Counted from the stretch's first letter, positions 7,777 through 15,191 are shown. The stretch: DNA of 17,835 nt from a bacterium (GCA_040756235.1 JBFLZG010000061.1:1-17835), one strand, 5' to 3'. Notes: a model not told the origin generated them from the sequence alone. A program made the numbers and translations.

Positions 7777-9810
7777 ATGGACGTGCCGCTGCGCAGACGC
7801 CTGTTGTGGGCCCTGGTCGGGGTCGTGCTCCTGTGCGGCGCCCTCATGATCGTGGCCGGCAGCTTCCTCATCAACCGCATGGTCATCGGCGAGGCCCAGC
7901 GCCGGGTCGATCTCGCCCTGAAGACCGCTCACGCCATGCTGGAGCGCCGCCTGGAAGAGGCGCTCAAGGTGAGCGAGGTGATCGCGGCGGGGCAGGGCAG
8001 CGACGACCTCTTCTCGCGCGCCGCCTCGGAACCCGCCCGCCTGGCGGACCTCCGGACCCGGCTGGGGTTCGATTTCCTGCAGATCCTGGACGCCGAGGGA
8101 CGCGTCCTCGGACCTCGTTCGGACGGCGCCGGAGACAGCGATCCAGGCTCCGGCCGGGCGCGGCCGACCGCGCAAAGCCCCGTGATCCGGCGGGTCCTCA
8201 GGGAGCGGGTGCCGGCTGCCGAGCTCGCCCTCCTGCCGCTCGAGAGCCTGAGCGGAGAGAGCGAGGAGCTCGTCCGGCACACCGAGATCCGCGTGCTGCC
8301 CACCCCCCATGCCCGGCCGGGCGGACCCGAGGTCCTCACCGAGGCCATGGTGCTCGAAGCGGCGGCGCCCCGGTTGGGGCCCGGCGGAGAGTTGATCGGC
8401 GTGGTCCGGGTGGGGACGGTGCTCAACCGCAACTCCGATTTCGTGGATTTCGTGAGGGAGAACATCTTCACGGCCGCCACCTACGACGGCAAGAACCTGG
8501 GCACGGTCACGATCTTCCAGGGCGACGTGCGGATCACGACCAACGTGATCGGCCCGGGCGGAGAGCGGGCCGTGGGCACGCGCGTCTCGGCCGAGGTCTA
8601 CGACCGGGTGCTGCGCGAAGGGCAGACCTGGAGGGGGCCCGCCTTCGTGGTGGACAGCTGGTACCTCTCGGCGTACAAGCCCCTCACCGACCTGGAAGGC
8701 AGGGTGCTGGGCATGATCTACGTCGGAGTCCTGCAGAAACGCTACGACGACATGCGCAACCAGGCCATGGAGATCTTCCTGCTGGTGTCGCTGCTGGGGG
8801 TGGTCGGTGCCGTGTTTCTCTCCTTCTGGCTGTCGTCGCGGCTCGTCCGGCCGCTGGTGCGGCTGACGGCCGGCGCCGCCGAAGTGGCGCGGGGGAACCT
8901 GAGCTATCAGCTCCGCACCCCGCCCCGGACAGAGCGGGACGAGATCAACCGTCTGACCCGCGCCTTCAACCAGATGGTGGCCGCGCTGAAGGAGCGCGAC
9001 AGCGAGCTCGGCCGCAGCCGCGACGATCTCGAGCGGACCGCCAACGAGCTCAAGCAGTGGGTCCAGAACTACCTGGAAGCCCTGGAGTTCATCACCCACG
9101 AGCTGAAAAACCAGATCGCCGCCATGAAGATCAACCTGCTCGCCGTGCGGGACGGCTACGTGGGTCCGGTCAGCCCGGAGCAGAAGGAGGCCCTGGACGA
9201 CGTCAACCAGGCCATTCATCGGGCCGAGGAGATGATCCTCAATTACCTGAACCTGTCGCGCATCGAGCGCGGCGAGCTGCAGGTGCGGGCCCGTCCCGTG
9301 CACGTGGAATCCGACGTGGTGCGGCCCGTGCTCAGCAACCTGAAGGGCCGCCTCGAAGCCAGGGGCATGCGGGCCGACGTGGACATGCAGGAGGACCTGT
9401 TCGTCCAGGCCGATCCTTCGCTGCTCGAGATCGTCTACGAGAACCTCATCAGCAACGCGGCCAAGTACGGCCGGCCGGGCGGCCGGGTGCGCGTTTCCGG
9501 CCGGCGTGCGGACGGCAGCGCGGAGCTGCACGTCTGGAACGACGGGCCGGGGGTCCCGGGCGATCAGATGGGAAGGCTGTTCGAGAAGTTCTTCCGCATC
9601 CAGGATCCGGCCCAGCAGGAGCGCGGGACCGGCTTGGGCCTGTTCATCACCCGGGAGATCGCCAGGCGCCACCGGGGGGACATCCGCGCGGAGAGCTCCT
9701 ACGGCGAGTGGATCGATTTCATTCTGACGCTGCCCGTGCCCGACGCGCTCCTGGAAACGGCCGCTCCCGGGCCGGCCGCCTCTCCGGAGGTCGGGCGAGG
9801 ACCGGGATGA
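7777..9810 (+). CDS. Membrane sensor histidine kinase (TM, Cache-type sensor, TM, HAMP, HisKA, HATPase)
   Basis: N-terminal TM. Cache-like TVTIFQGDVRITTNV..GERAVGT..YLSAYKPL..GMIYVG. Second TM, HAMP (DEINRLTRAFNQM), H-box THELKNQ, N-box NLISNAAKY, NDGPG and GTGLGL. Confidence 0.95.
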   Translation: MDVPLRRRLLWALVGVVLLCGALMIVAGSFLINRMVIGEAQRRVDLALKTAHAMLERRLEEALKVSEVIAAGQGSDDLFSRAASEPARLADLRTRLGFDFLQILDAEGRVLGPRSDGAGDSDPGSGRARPTAQSPVIRRVLRERVPAAELALLPLESLSGESEELVRHTEIRVLPTPHARPGGPEVLTEAMVLEAAAPRLGPGGELIGVVRVGTVLNRNSDFVDFVRENIFTAATYDGKNLGTVTIFQGDVRITTNVIGPGGERAVGTRVSAEVYDRVLREGQTWRGPAFVVDSWYLSAYKPLTDLEGRVLGMIYVGVLQKRYDDMRNQAMEIFLLVSLLGVVGAVFLSFWLSSRLVRPLVRLTAGAAEVARGNLSYQLRTPPRTERDEINRLTRAFNQMVAALKERDSELGRSRDDLERTANELKQWVQNYLEALEFITHELKNQIAAMKINLLAVRDGYVGPVSPEQKEALDDVNQAIHRAEEMILNYLNLSRIERGELQVRARPVHVESDVVRPVLSNLKGRLEARGMRADVDMQEDLFVQADPSLLEIVYENLISNAAKYGRPGGRVRVSGRRADGSAELHVWNDGPGVPGDQMGRLFEKFFRIQDPAQQERGTGLGLFITREIARRHRGDIRAESSYGEWIDFILTLPVPDALLETAAPGPAASPEVGRGPG

Positions 9811-9857
9811 CGGAGCAGGACCTCGCAGGCCGGCTGTGTCATAATAGCCCGTCATTC

Positions 9858-9927
9858 GTAGGAGCGACCGGCGGTCGCCCTCCTCAAATCCCGGCTCACA
9901 CGCGCTCCGCTGCAGGGCCGGGATGAC
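9858..9927. repeat. GTAG REP copy 2 plus an ATCCCGGC..GCCGGGATGAC palindrome
   Basis: GTAGGAGCGACCGGCGGTCGCCCT (9858-9881) and ATCCCGGCTC..GGGCCGGGATGAC (9888-9927). Confidence 0.75.
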
Positions 9928-9952
9928 GAAATACGACACGAGGGGCTCGCAC

Positions 9953-11521
9953 ATGGATGCAGACGCGGTGAAGCAGACGGCGCAGACTCTGACCCACAAG
10001 ATCCTCGTCGTGGATGACGAGGTCGGGATCCGCCGGGGCTGCGATCGCGTGCTGAGGGCCGAGGGGCACCAGGTGCTGCTGGCCGAGAACGGCGAGCAGG
10101 GGCTGGCGATGCTGGGCCGCGACCCGGCGATCGACCTGGTGCTGGTCGACCTGCGCATGCCCGGGATGAGCGGCTTCGATTTCCTCGAGCAGGCCCGGCA
10201 GGGCGCTCCGGAGACGGTCTTCGCCGTGATCACGGCCTACGCGACGATCGAGTCCGCGGTGGAGGCCACCAAGCGGGGCGCCTACGACTTCATCGCCAAG
10301 CCTTTCACGCCGGACGATCTCCTGCGGCTGGTCCACCGCGCCCTGGAGCGGGTGAGCCTGATCCGGGAGCGGAACCGGCTCGAGGCCGAGCGCCGCCAGC
10401 GCATGGAGGAGCTGGCGGCCGAGAAAGGCCGGCTGCGCACGGTCATCGACTGCATGGCCGACGGCGTGCTGGTGTGCAACGCCGACGAGCGCATCGTCCT
10501 GTTCAACCCGGCGGCGATGAACATGCTCGGGACGCTTCCGCTGTCGGGCGCGGCCGAGCTTGCAGCCGGTGCGGCCGGTGAGGCCGGCGGGCCCGACGGG
10601 ACGGGCGGACCCGGTAGCCTTCTCCCCCTCATTGCCGATGCTTCCCATGAACGCAAGCACATCTCCACCGAGCTCCGGCTCCGCAGAGCGCCGCAGGATT
10701 ACTGGGTGCTCGCCAACGTGGAGCCGGTCCTGGAGCCGGAATCGGGCCGGTTCCTGGGCACGGTTTCGGTCCTGCGCGACATCACCGAGCTCAAACGGGT
10801 GGAGCACTTGAAGGCCCAGTTCGTGAACATGGTGGCCCACGAGCTGCGCGCGCCGCTGGCGGCGGTCGACGGTTACATGGCGGCCATGGAGGAAGGCTAC
10901 GTCCAGGATGCGGAAAAGCGGCAGGAGATCCTGTCCCGCTCCCGCAAGCGCATCCGGGCCCTGCTGGACCTGGTCGGGGATCTCCTCGACGTCTCCCGCA
11001 TGGAGACCGGCACGGTGCGCCGCGAGATCGCGCCGCGCAAGATCGACGCGATCCTGAAGGAAGTCGCCGAGCTGATGCGCCCCCTGGCGGACAAGGGCGG
11101 CATCCGGCTGGAGCTCGAATGCGCCGCTGGGCTGCCCCCGGTCGATGCGGACGGAGAGGAGCTGATCCGGCTGTTCGCCAACCTTGTGAGCAACGCGATC
11201 AAGTACAACCGCGCGGCGGGCGAGGTGCGGATCACGGCGGGCCGCGACGTTGCCTACGTTGCGGTCTCGGTGCGCGACACCGGCGTGGGGATCAGCCGGG
11301 AAGGCCTGGCGCGGCTGTTCTCTGAGTTCTTCCGGGAGAAGACGGACAAGACGAAATACGTGACCGGGACCGGCCTGGGCCTGAGCATCGTCAAGCGCAT
11401 CGTGGACTTCTACAACGGCCGCATCGACGTGGAGAGCCAGCCCGGCAAAGGCTCCACCTTCACAGTGCGCTTGCCATGCTCCGCGGCCGCGGGCACAGCC
11501 GGGAACCCGCCTGCGCCGTAA
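9953..11521 (+). CDS. Cytoplasmic hybrid kinase (REC, PAS, HisKA, HATPase)
   Basis: Receiver ILVVDDE..LVDLRMPGMSG..ITAY..FIAKPF. PAS-like MADGVLVCNADERIVLFNPAA..VLRDIT. H-box AHELRAPL, NLVSNAIKY, DTGVGI and GTGLGL. ATG 9953 follows GAGGGG, whereas ATG 9923 lies inside a repeat. Confidence 0.93.
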   Translation: MDADAVKQTAQTLTHKILVVDDEVGIRRGCDRVLRAEGHQVLLAENGEQGLAMLGRDPAIDLVLVDLRMPGMSGFDFLEQARQGAPETVFAVITAYATIESAVEATKRGAYDFIAKPFTPDDLLRLVHRALERVSLIRERNRLEAERRQRMEELAAEKGRLRTVIDCMADGVLVCNADERIVLFNPAAMNMLGTLPLSGAAELAAGAAGEAGGPDGTGGPGSLLPLIADASHERKHISTELRLRRAPQDYWVLANVEPVLEPESGRFLGTVSVLRDITELKRVEHLKAQFVNMVAHELRAPLAAVDGYMAAMEEGYVQDAEKRQEILSRSRKRIRALLDLVGDLLDVSRMETGTVRREIAPRKIDAILKEVAELMRPLADKGGIRLELECAAGLPPVDADGEELIRLFANLVSNAIKYNRAAGEVRITAGRDVAYVAVSVRDTGVGISREGLARLFSEFFREKTDKTKYVTGTGLGLSIVKRIVDFYNGRIDVESQPGKGSTFTVRLPCSAAAGTAGNPPAP

Positions 11522-11573
11522 CCACGCCACCCGCCCCCATCTTCTCCCTCCCTTTCTCTTCCCGCCTTTTTCT

Positions 11574-11663
11574 CTTCCCCCCCTTTCGCAAAGGGGGGCC
11601 GGGGAGATTTTGGATGGAGAAGCTGAGTTCGAAAATCCCCTCCACCCTTTTCAAAGGGGGAAG
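11574..11663. repeat. Inverted pair of CCCCCTTT..AAAGGGGG hairpin units (REP doublet, possible terminator)
   Basis: CTTCCCCCCCTTTCGCAAAGGGGGGCCGGGGAGATTTT (11574-11611) and AAAATCCCCTCCACCCTTTTCAAAGGGGGAAG (11632-11663). A degenerate relative lies at 1897-1926. Confidence 0.7.
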
Positions 11664-11872
11664 GTGGACGAATCCACCTGCATCACCTTTCCGCCAGTTG
11701 TGAGGCGCCACCCGCCTCCGCTTCTTCTCTTCGCTGCACAATCTACGCCGCCTGCGGCGGATCTAAGGAAGCCCCAAACCGAACTTCTGCGGATCCTATT
11801 TTGATTCGTGATACCCCTGGCTTACATCCTCCCTCCGTGGTTCAGATGCCTGCCGAAGAAGGAGAAAGCCGC

Positions 11873-11901
11873 TTGACACAGCGTTTATCATTCGATAAAT
11901 G
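11873..11901 (+). promoter_or_regulatory. Candidate cassette promoter (Pc-like) with an overlapping palindromic operator
   Basis: Perfect TTGACA at 11873-11878. AT-rich but non-consensus -10 region at about 11894-11901. Palindrome TTTATC-attc-GATAAA at 11884-11899. Confidence 0.45.
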
Positions 11902-11948
11902 AGTTGCCCAGGTTCACTTTGGTGTTTCCGATTCGTCGTCTCCTCGCA

Positions 11949-11967
11949 ATCGAATAGATTGTTAGCC
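11949..11967 (+). other. Core recombination site GTTAGCC at the start of cassette 1, possibly an attI-like simple site
   Basis: GTTAGCC (11961-11967) is the exact complement of the GGCTAAC inverse core at 12660. It is preceded by ATCGAAT-AGATT (7+5+7 geometry) and no upstream attC arm is recognisable. Confidence 0.6.
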
Positions 11968-11987
11968 TTAGCCTGGTAGGATTAGCG

Positions 11988-12665
11988 ATGGATTTCCAGC
12001 AGTTCTTCAAGGACTTCCAAGATCACCTCGCTCCTCGGCTCGACACCTATGAGCAGGCCATCTACTTGTACTTGTTTCGCCATACTCGTTTCATCGGTCT
12101 TCAGGAGGCCGTAGTTGGCTTCAAGTCGGCCAGGCGCCGCATGGCCTGTGGCATCGGTGAGAAGGGAAAACCGATGTCGGAAAACACAGCCTACGAGAAG
12201 CTCCAGTCTCTTCAAAAGAAGGGCTGTATCACTATCCTCGATACCAACCGCGACGGGCGCAAGATCCGACTCGCGCTTCCGTCCGAGATTCCGGGTGTCG
12301 TTGTCGCGCCTGCAGAACGTGTGTTTCCAGACCTGGAGACGGAGGACTTTTTCGAGGTGGAGGAGAATCGCACCCGTATCGTGGTGCGAGAAGGGCACCG
12401 CTGCTTCTACTGCCTCCGCCAGTTGAATCGCGAGAACTATGTAATCGAACACGTAGTCTCCCGTCCCTTGGGAGGAAATGGCTACCGCAACGTAGTCGCT
12501 GCATGTCGCGGATGCAACAATCGCAAGGGCTCCTCAACGGCGGAGGAGTGGCTTCGCACGCTTTATCGAAAGGGCTTTCTTGACGCTAGGACTTTTCACG
12601 AGCGCCAGTCATATTTCGAACGCTTGGGGGCAGGTGAACTGAAACCACCGAGATCGGCAGGCTAA
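11988..12665 (+). CDS. Cassette 1: HNH endonuclease with an N-terminal winged-helix-like domain
   Basis: C-terminal CFYC..IEHVVS..NVVAACRGCNNRKG (Zn-binding HNH). N-terminal EQAIYLYLFR..MSENTAYEKLQSLQKKGCI is wHTH-like. The TAA stop lies inside the attC inverse core. Confidence 0.88.
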   Translation: MDFQQFFKDFQDHLAPRLDTYEQAIYLYLFRHTRFIGLQEAVVGFKSARRRMACGIGEKGKPMSENTAYEKLQSLQKKGCITILDTNRDGRKIRLALPSEIPGVVVAPAERVFPDLETEDFFEVEENRTRIVVREGHRCFYCLRQLNRENYVIEHVVSRPLGGNGYRNVVAACRGCNNRKGSSTAEEWLRTLYRKGFLDARTFHERQSYFERLGAGELKPPRSAG

Positions 12666-12737
12666 CACCGCGCTGCACCAGACGAGCGCAGCATGCCGAG
12701 ATAGCCCCGCTCTCGCTGGTGAGAGCGACCGTTAGAC
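12660..12737 (+). mobile_element. Integron attC site 1 (78 bp)
   Basis: GGCTAAC...GTTAGAC. Left arm T[G]CACCAG[A]CGAG pairs perfectly with right arm CTCGCTGGTGA apart from two extrahelical bases. Unpaired spacer between the R and L boxes. Confidence 0.92.
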
Positions 12738-12787
12738 GGACATTGAATCAGCGCGTCGGCTACGGGTGCGGGGACCAGGGAGAGTGA

Positions 12788-13336
12788 ATGGCTATCGACC
12801 CTGACGACCTCAAGAATGTACGGATGCCTTTATTCTCTTGGGACTACGAGGACTGCACCGAGCCCGAGCATTGGTTCCTTCATGCGAGGGGCTATCTCGA
12901 CTGCAGCAAGTTCCTCTTCGAACAGATGGCCGAAGAGCGCTTCGACCGCAGCTTTCATCGGGCAAAGGCTGCTGTCTTCCTCTTCGAGCACGCCCTCGAG
13001 TTGTTCTTCAAGGGTGCTATCGCACAAGCGGGAGGTCAGATTCAGCCCAGTCACGATCTCGCCCATCTGTACGCGGAGTTCCGGAAGAAGTATCCCGGCA
13101 AACAGTTCGAGTTCCACGGCGACATCCATTGCGCGGTTAGCAAGGACTCGGGTGTGCCGCAGACCGCATTCCCGAGGTACCCATCTGACAGAACCGGTGC
13201 TCCATGGCCAGGGCACCGACATATAGATATCGCGATTTGGTGCACGCAGGTGCTTCTCTTCTCGGAGGATTTGGCAAGAATCCAGAAATATATCAAGTCC
13301 AGGTATCCTGGCGCACGGCAGGACGGCCGTGCATAG
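12788..13336 (+). CDS. Cassette 2: HEPN-like protein
   Basis: Helical pattern ARGYL..AVFLFEHALELFFKG..SHDLAHLY..FPRYP, typical of the HEPN fold (ELxxK, HDL, RYP). GGGAG RBS. Flanked by attC sites. Confidence 0.7.
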   Translation: MAIDPDDLKNVRMPLFSWDYEDCTEPEHWFLHARGYLDCSKFLFEQMAEERFDRSFHRAKAAVFLFEHALELFFKGAIAQAGGQIQPSHDLAHLYAEFRKKYPGKQFEFHGDIHCAVSKDSGVPQTAFPRYPSDRTGAPWPGHRHIDIAIWCTQVLLFSEDLARIQKYIKSRYPGARQDGRA

Positions 13337-13343
13337 ATCAGCC

Positions 13344-13411
13344 ATCTAACGAACGGTTGGAACTGCCGTGCGCCTCACCGGACGGCCTCGCAGTTCAGCC
13401 GTACGTTGGGT
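13344..13411 (+). mobile_element. Integron attC site 2 (68 bp)
   Basis: ATCTAAC...GTTGGGT. Left arm AACGAACGGTTG[G]AACTGC[C]G versus reverse complement of right arm AACGTACGGCTGAACTGCG. The inverse core matches the upstream GTTAGAC at 6/7. Confidence 0.9.
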
Positions 13412-13429
13412 TCCGCGAGATGAGATCTG

Positions 13430-13771
13430 ATGGCTCTGATCCTTGATCCTATAAGCCGACGGAAGCTGATGCTGACCAAACAGCTGTTCCAGCACGCGAT
13501 CATCATGTCGTCGCACTTCGGGACAACAAGCCGGATTCTGGCCCTCGTCTCTTTCGATTTATCCGCCGAGACCGGCATCCGGACGACCATTTCAGCCATC
13601 GAGCCTGCAAAGACACCGGCTGACGGCTTCCAAGCGCTTCTGCAGCAATGCGACGATGCATTGGCGAAATCAGGGTTCCCTCCGCTTCCGGACAAAGCCA
13701 ATATTCAACACGTCCACAGTCTCAGGAACGATGCTCAGCACAAGGCGAAATACCCTAAAGCAGATGAATAG
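13430..13771 (+). CDS. Cassette 3 gene A: short HEPN-like protein with an RxxxxH motif (possibly C-terminally truncated)
   Basis: LALVSFDLSAE helix and HSLRNDAQH (R-N-x-x-x-H). The ORF ends 9 aa after the motif. Confidence 0.68.
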   Translation: MALILDPISRRKLMLTKQLFQHAIIMSSHFGTTSRILALVSFDLSAETGIRTTISAIEPAKTPADGFQALLQQCDDALAKSGFPPLPDKANIQHVHSLRNDAQHKAKYPKADE

Positions 13772-14267
13772 GAAGCGCAGAATCTTCGGAGACAGGATCG
13801 ATTTCGAGTCGCTCTCGTGCGCCCCGGTCAACGAGCTTGGCGTGGTCTATCTGTTCGGGGTTCTGCATAAGAGCTTCGGCTTCAAGATCGAATCGATTCA
13901 ATCTGGTTACCCCGACTGCGTCGCCCGCCGCCGCGCTGGAAGACACAAGTGGGAGGAGGTGCGGATCGAATTTGAATTTAACAGCCGTGCCTTTCAGACG
14001 CATGCCCACGACCCTGCCGGTGTGGATGTCATTGTGTGCTGGAGACATGACTGGAAGGACTGCCCGCCGGCTATCGAAGTCATCGAGCTGCGAACAATCT
14101 TAAAGGACATGGAAAAGATTGATACTTCCTTTGAAAATAGGGGTGAGCTGAGCGGGTGGCAGCGTTTCTGTCAGCAAAAACGACTCGAGGGGCTCGACTT
14201 CTCACAGATTGCCAGACTTTGGCAGGAGCAGAAGAAGAAGCAATCCCAACTGCCGCCTGCACGCTGA
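13764..14267 (+). CDS. Cassette 3 gene B: PD-(D/E)xK-fold nuclease-like protein
   Basis: NELGVVYLFG..YPDCVA..VRIEFEFNS..HDPAGVDVIVCWRHDW, a PD..ExE variant. ATG 13764 overlaps the gene A stop by 8 nt. Confidence 0.75.
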   Translation: MNRKRRIFGDRIDFESLSCAPVNELGVVYLFGVLHKSFGFKIESIQSGYPDCVARRRAGRHKWEEVRIEFEFNSRAFQTHAHDPAGVDVIVCWRHDWKDCPPAIEVIELRTILKDMEKIDTSFENRGELSGWQRFCQQKRLEGLDFSQIARLWQEQKKKQSQLPPAR

Positions 14268-14352
14268 CGGAACTGCGCCATGCGGGGCATTGAGAAGATC
14301 ATAGCGTGGGTTCTTGGACTCTGCCCCCCGCTGTGAGCACCTGGCCCTGAGC
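14244..14352 (+). mobile_element. Degenerate attC site 3
   Basis: TCCCAAC (6/7 complement of the cassette-start GTTGGGT) followed by TGCCGCCTGCACGCTGACGG, similar to the attC1 left arm. The right arm is eroded (CCGCTGTGAG) and has no GTT core. Inner GGGGCA/TGCCCC stem. Confidence 0.5.
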
Positions 14353-14373
14353 GAGAAGACGCGCCGGTCCCGT

Positions 14374-14835
14374 TTACCGAATCCGCTCATCAAGCAGGAA
14401 GACGCTGATTTCCTTGACCTTCCTCATGGCACGGTCATTGGTGATCAAGGTCTGAGCGGGAAAACAAAGAGCCATGGCCGCCTGAAACATGTCCGGCAAG
14501 GGCATCCCATACTTGGCTTTCAGGGAGCCCGCCAGGAACGCGACTTCCGTGTCGATGTCGGGCAGGGTGACGTTCGGGAGGCTTCGGATGGCATTACGGT
14601 ACCGGTCAGCGACGGATGGCCGTCTCTGTTTCAACGGTTTCACCAGGAGCTCGGCCGCCGTAATGGGCGTGACCACGCCGGAGAAGGAACCTTCGCTCAT
14701 CCTGCCGATGATCTCCTCGCTGCGGTCGGCATAGACCGGATGTGCTTCGAACAGATAAATGAAGATCATGGTGTCGATCACGACACCCTGCCTTCCGGCC
14801 AGGTCTTTGAGGCGGTTCAGAGCCTTCTCTCCCAT
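14374..14835 (-). CDS. vapC: PIN-domain toxin (VapC family)
   Basis: Acidic PIN residues in VVIDTMIFIY, ITAAELL, LPDMFQAAMA and LITNDR. The start overlaps the antitoxin end. Confidence 0.9.
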   Translation of the reverse strand: MGEKALNRLKDLAGRQGVVIDTMIFIYLFEAHPVYADRSEEIIGRMSEGSFSGVVTPITAAELLVKPLKQRRPSVADRYRNAIRSLPNVTLPDIDTEVAFLAGSLKAKYGMPLPDMFQAAMALCFPAQTLITNDRAMRKVKEISVFLLDERIR

Positions 14836-15050
14836 TCCTTCCGGAGCTTGCTCACGTAGTCCGTCGCGTCCGTACCGTCGGCGATCTCCCGGCCGATCCC
14901 TTTCAGCCTGGGTGGCGTGAGGGGATAGATGACCAACCGGCCCTCCTCGGCCACGACCTCCACCTTCGTGTTCGGTCTGATGTCCAACTGCGCACGTTCT
15001 TTCAGCGGAATCACGACCTGATATCTCTTTCCCACGGTGGCTCGGCTCAT
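14817..15050 (-). CDS. AbrB/MazE/SpoVT-type antitoxin
   Basis: ATVGKRYQVVIPLKERAQLDIRPNTKVEVVAEEGRLVIYP is a swapped-hairpin signature. CAGGAG RBS. Lies upstream of the PIN gene. Confidence 0.92.
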   Translation of the reverse strand: MSRATVGKRYQVVIPLKERAQLDIRPNTKVEVVAEEGRLVIYPLTPPRLKGIGREIADGTDATDYVSKLRKEWERRL

Positions 15051-15065
15051 ATCGATCTCCTGTTT

Positions 15066-15113
15066 TCATACTTTAGCTCAAGAAATCATACCGGACTGGG
15101 GGAGACGGGTCAA
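15066..15113 (-). promoter_or_regulatory. Sigma70 promoter of the TA operon with a GTATGA direct repeat (candidate operator)
   Basis: Minus strand TTGACC (15113-15108), 17 nt, TATGAT (15090-15085). GTATGA repeated at 15091-15086 and 15071-15066. Confidence 0.7.
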
Positions 15114-15191
15114 TCGCCGGCGATCGCCCGCCCGCACACGTCCCGCCTATCGGCAAGAAACATTCTCCAAAGTCTCGGCAAAGCGTACTTT

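Noticed and set aside
7165..10233. 1022-aa minus-strand ORF, and other long antisense ORFs (996-2210, 3389-4621, 4924-6099, 9896-11530, 15073-17604)
   Set aside because: Shadow ORFs opposite well-supported genes in high-GC DNA, with no recognisable motifs.
11780..11792. CGAAC half-site as a LexA box
   Set aside because: The second half-site (GTTC) is absent, so there is not enough support.
11522..11960. Integron integrase gene or remnant upstream of the array
   Set aside because: No ORF with tyrosine-recombinase motifs on either strand. The short ORFs here are translations of repeats.
13656..13763. Longer start for the PD-(D/E)xK ORF
   Set aside because: It overlaps the HEPN gene's RNDAQH region. 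ATG 13764 gives a typical short overlap.
14836..15069. 231-aa version of the PIN ORF
   Set aside because: The extension overlaps the antitoxin gene in another frame. The PIN domain starts at ATG 14835.
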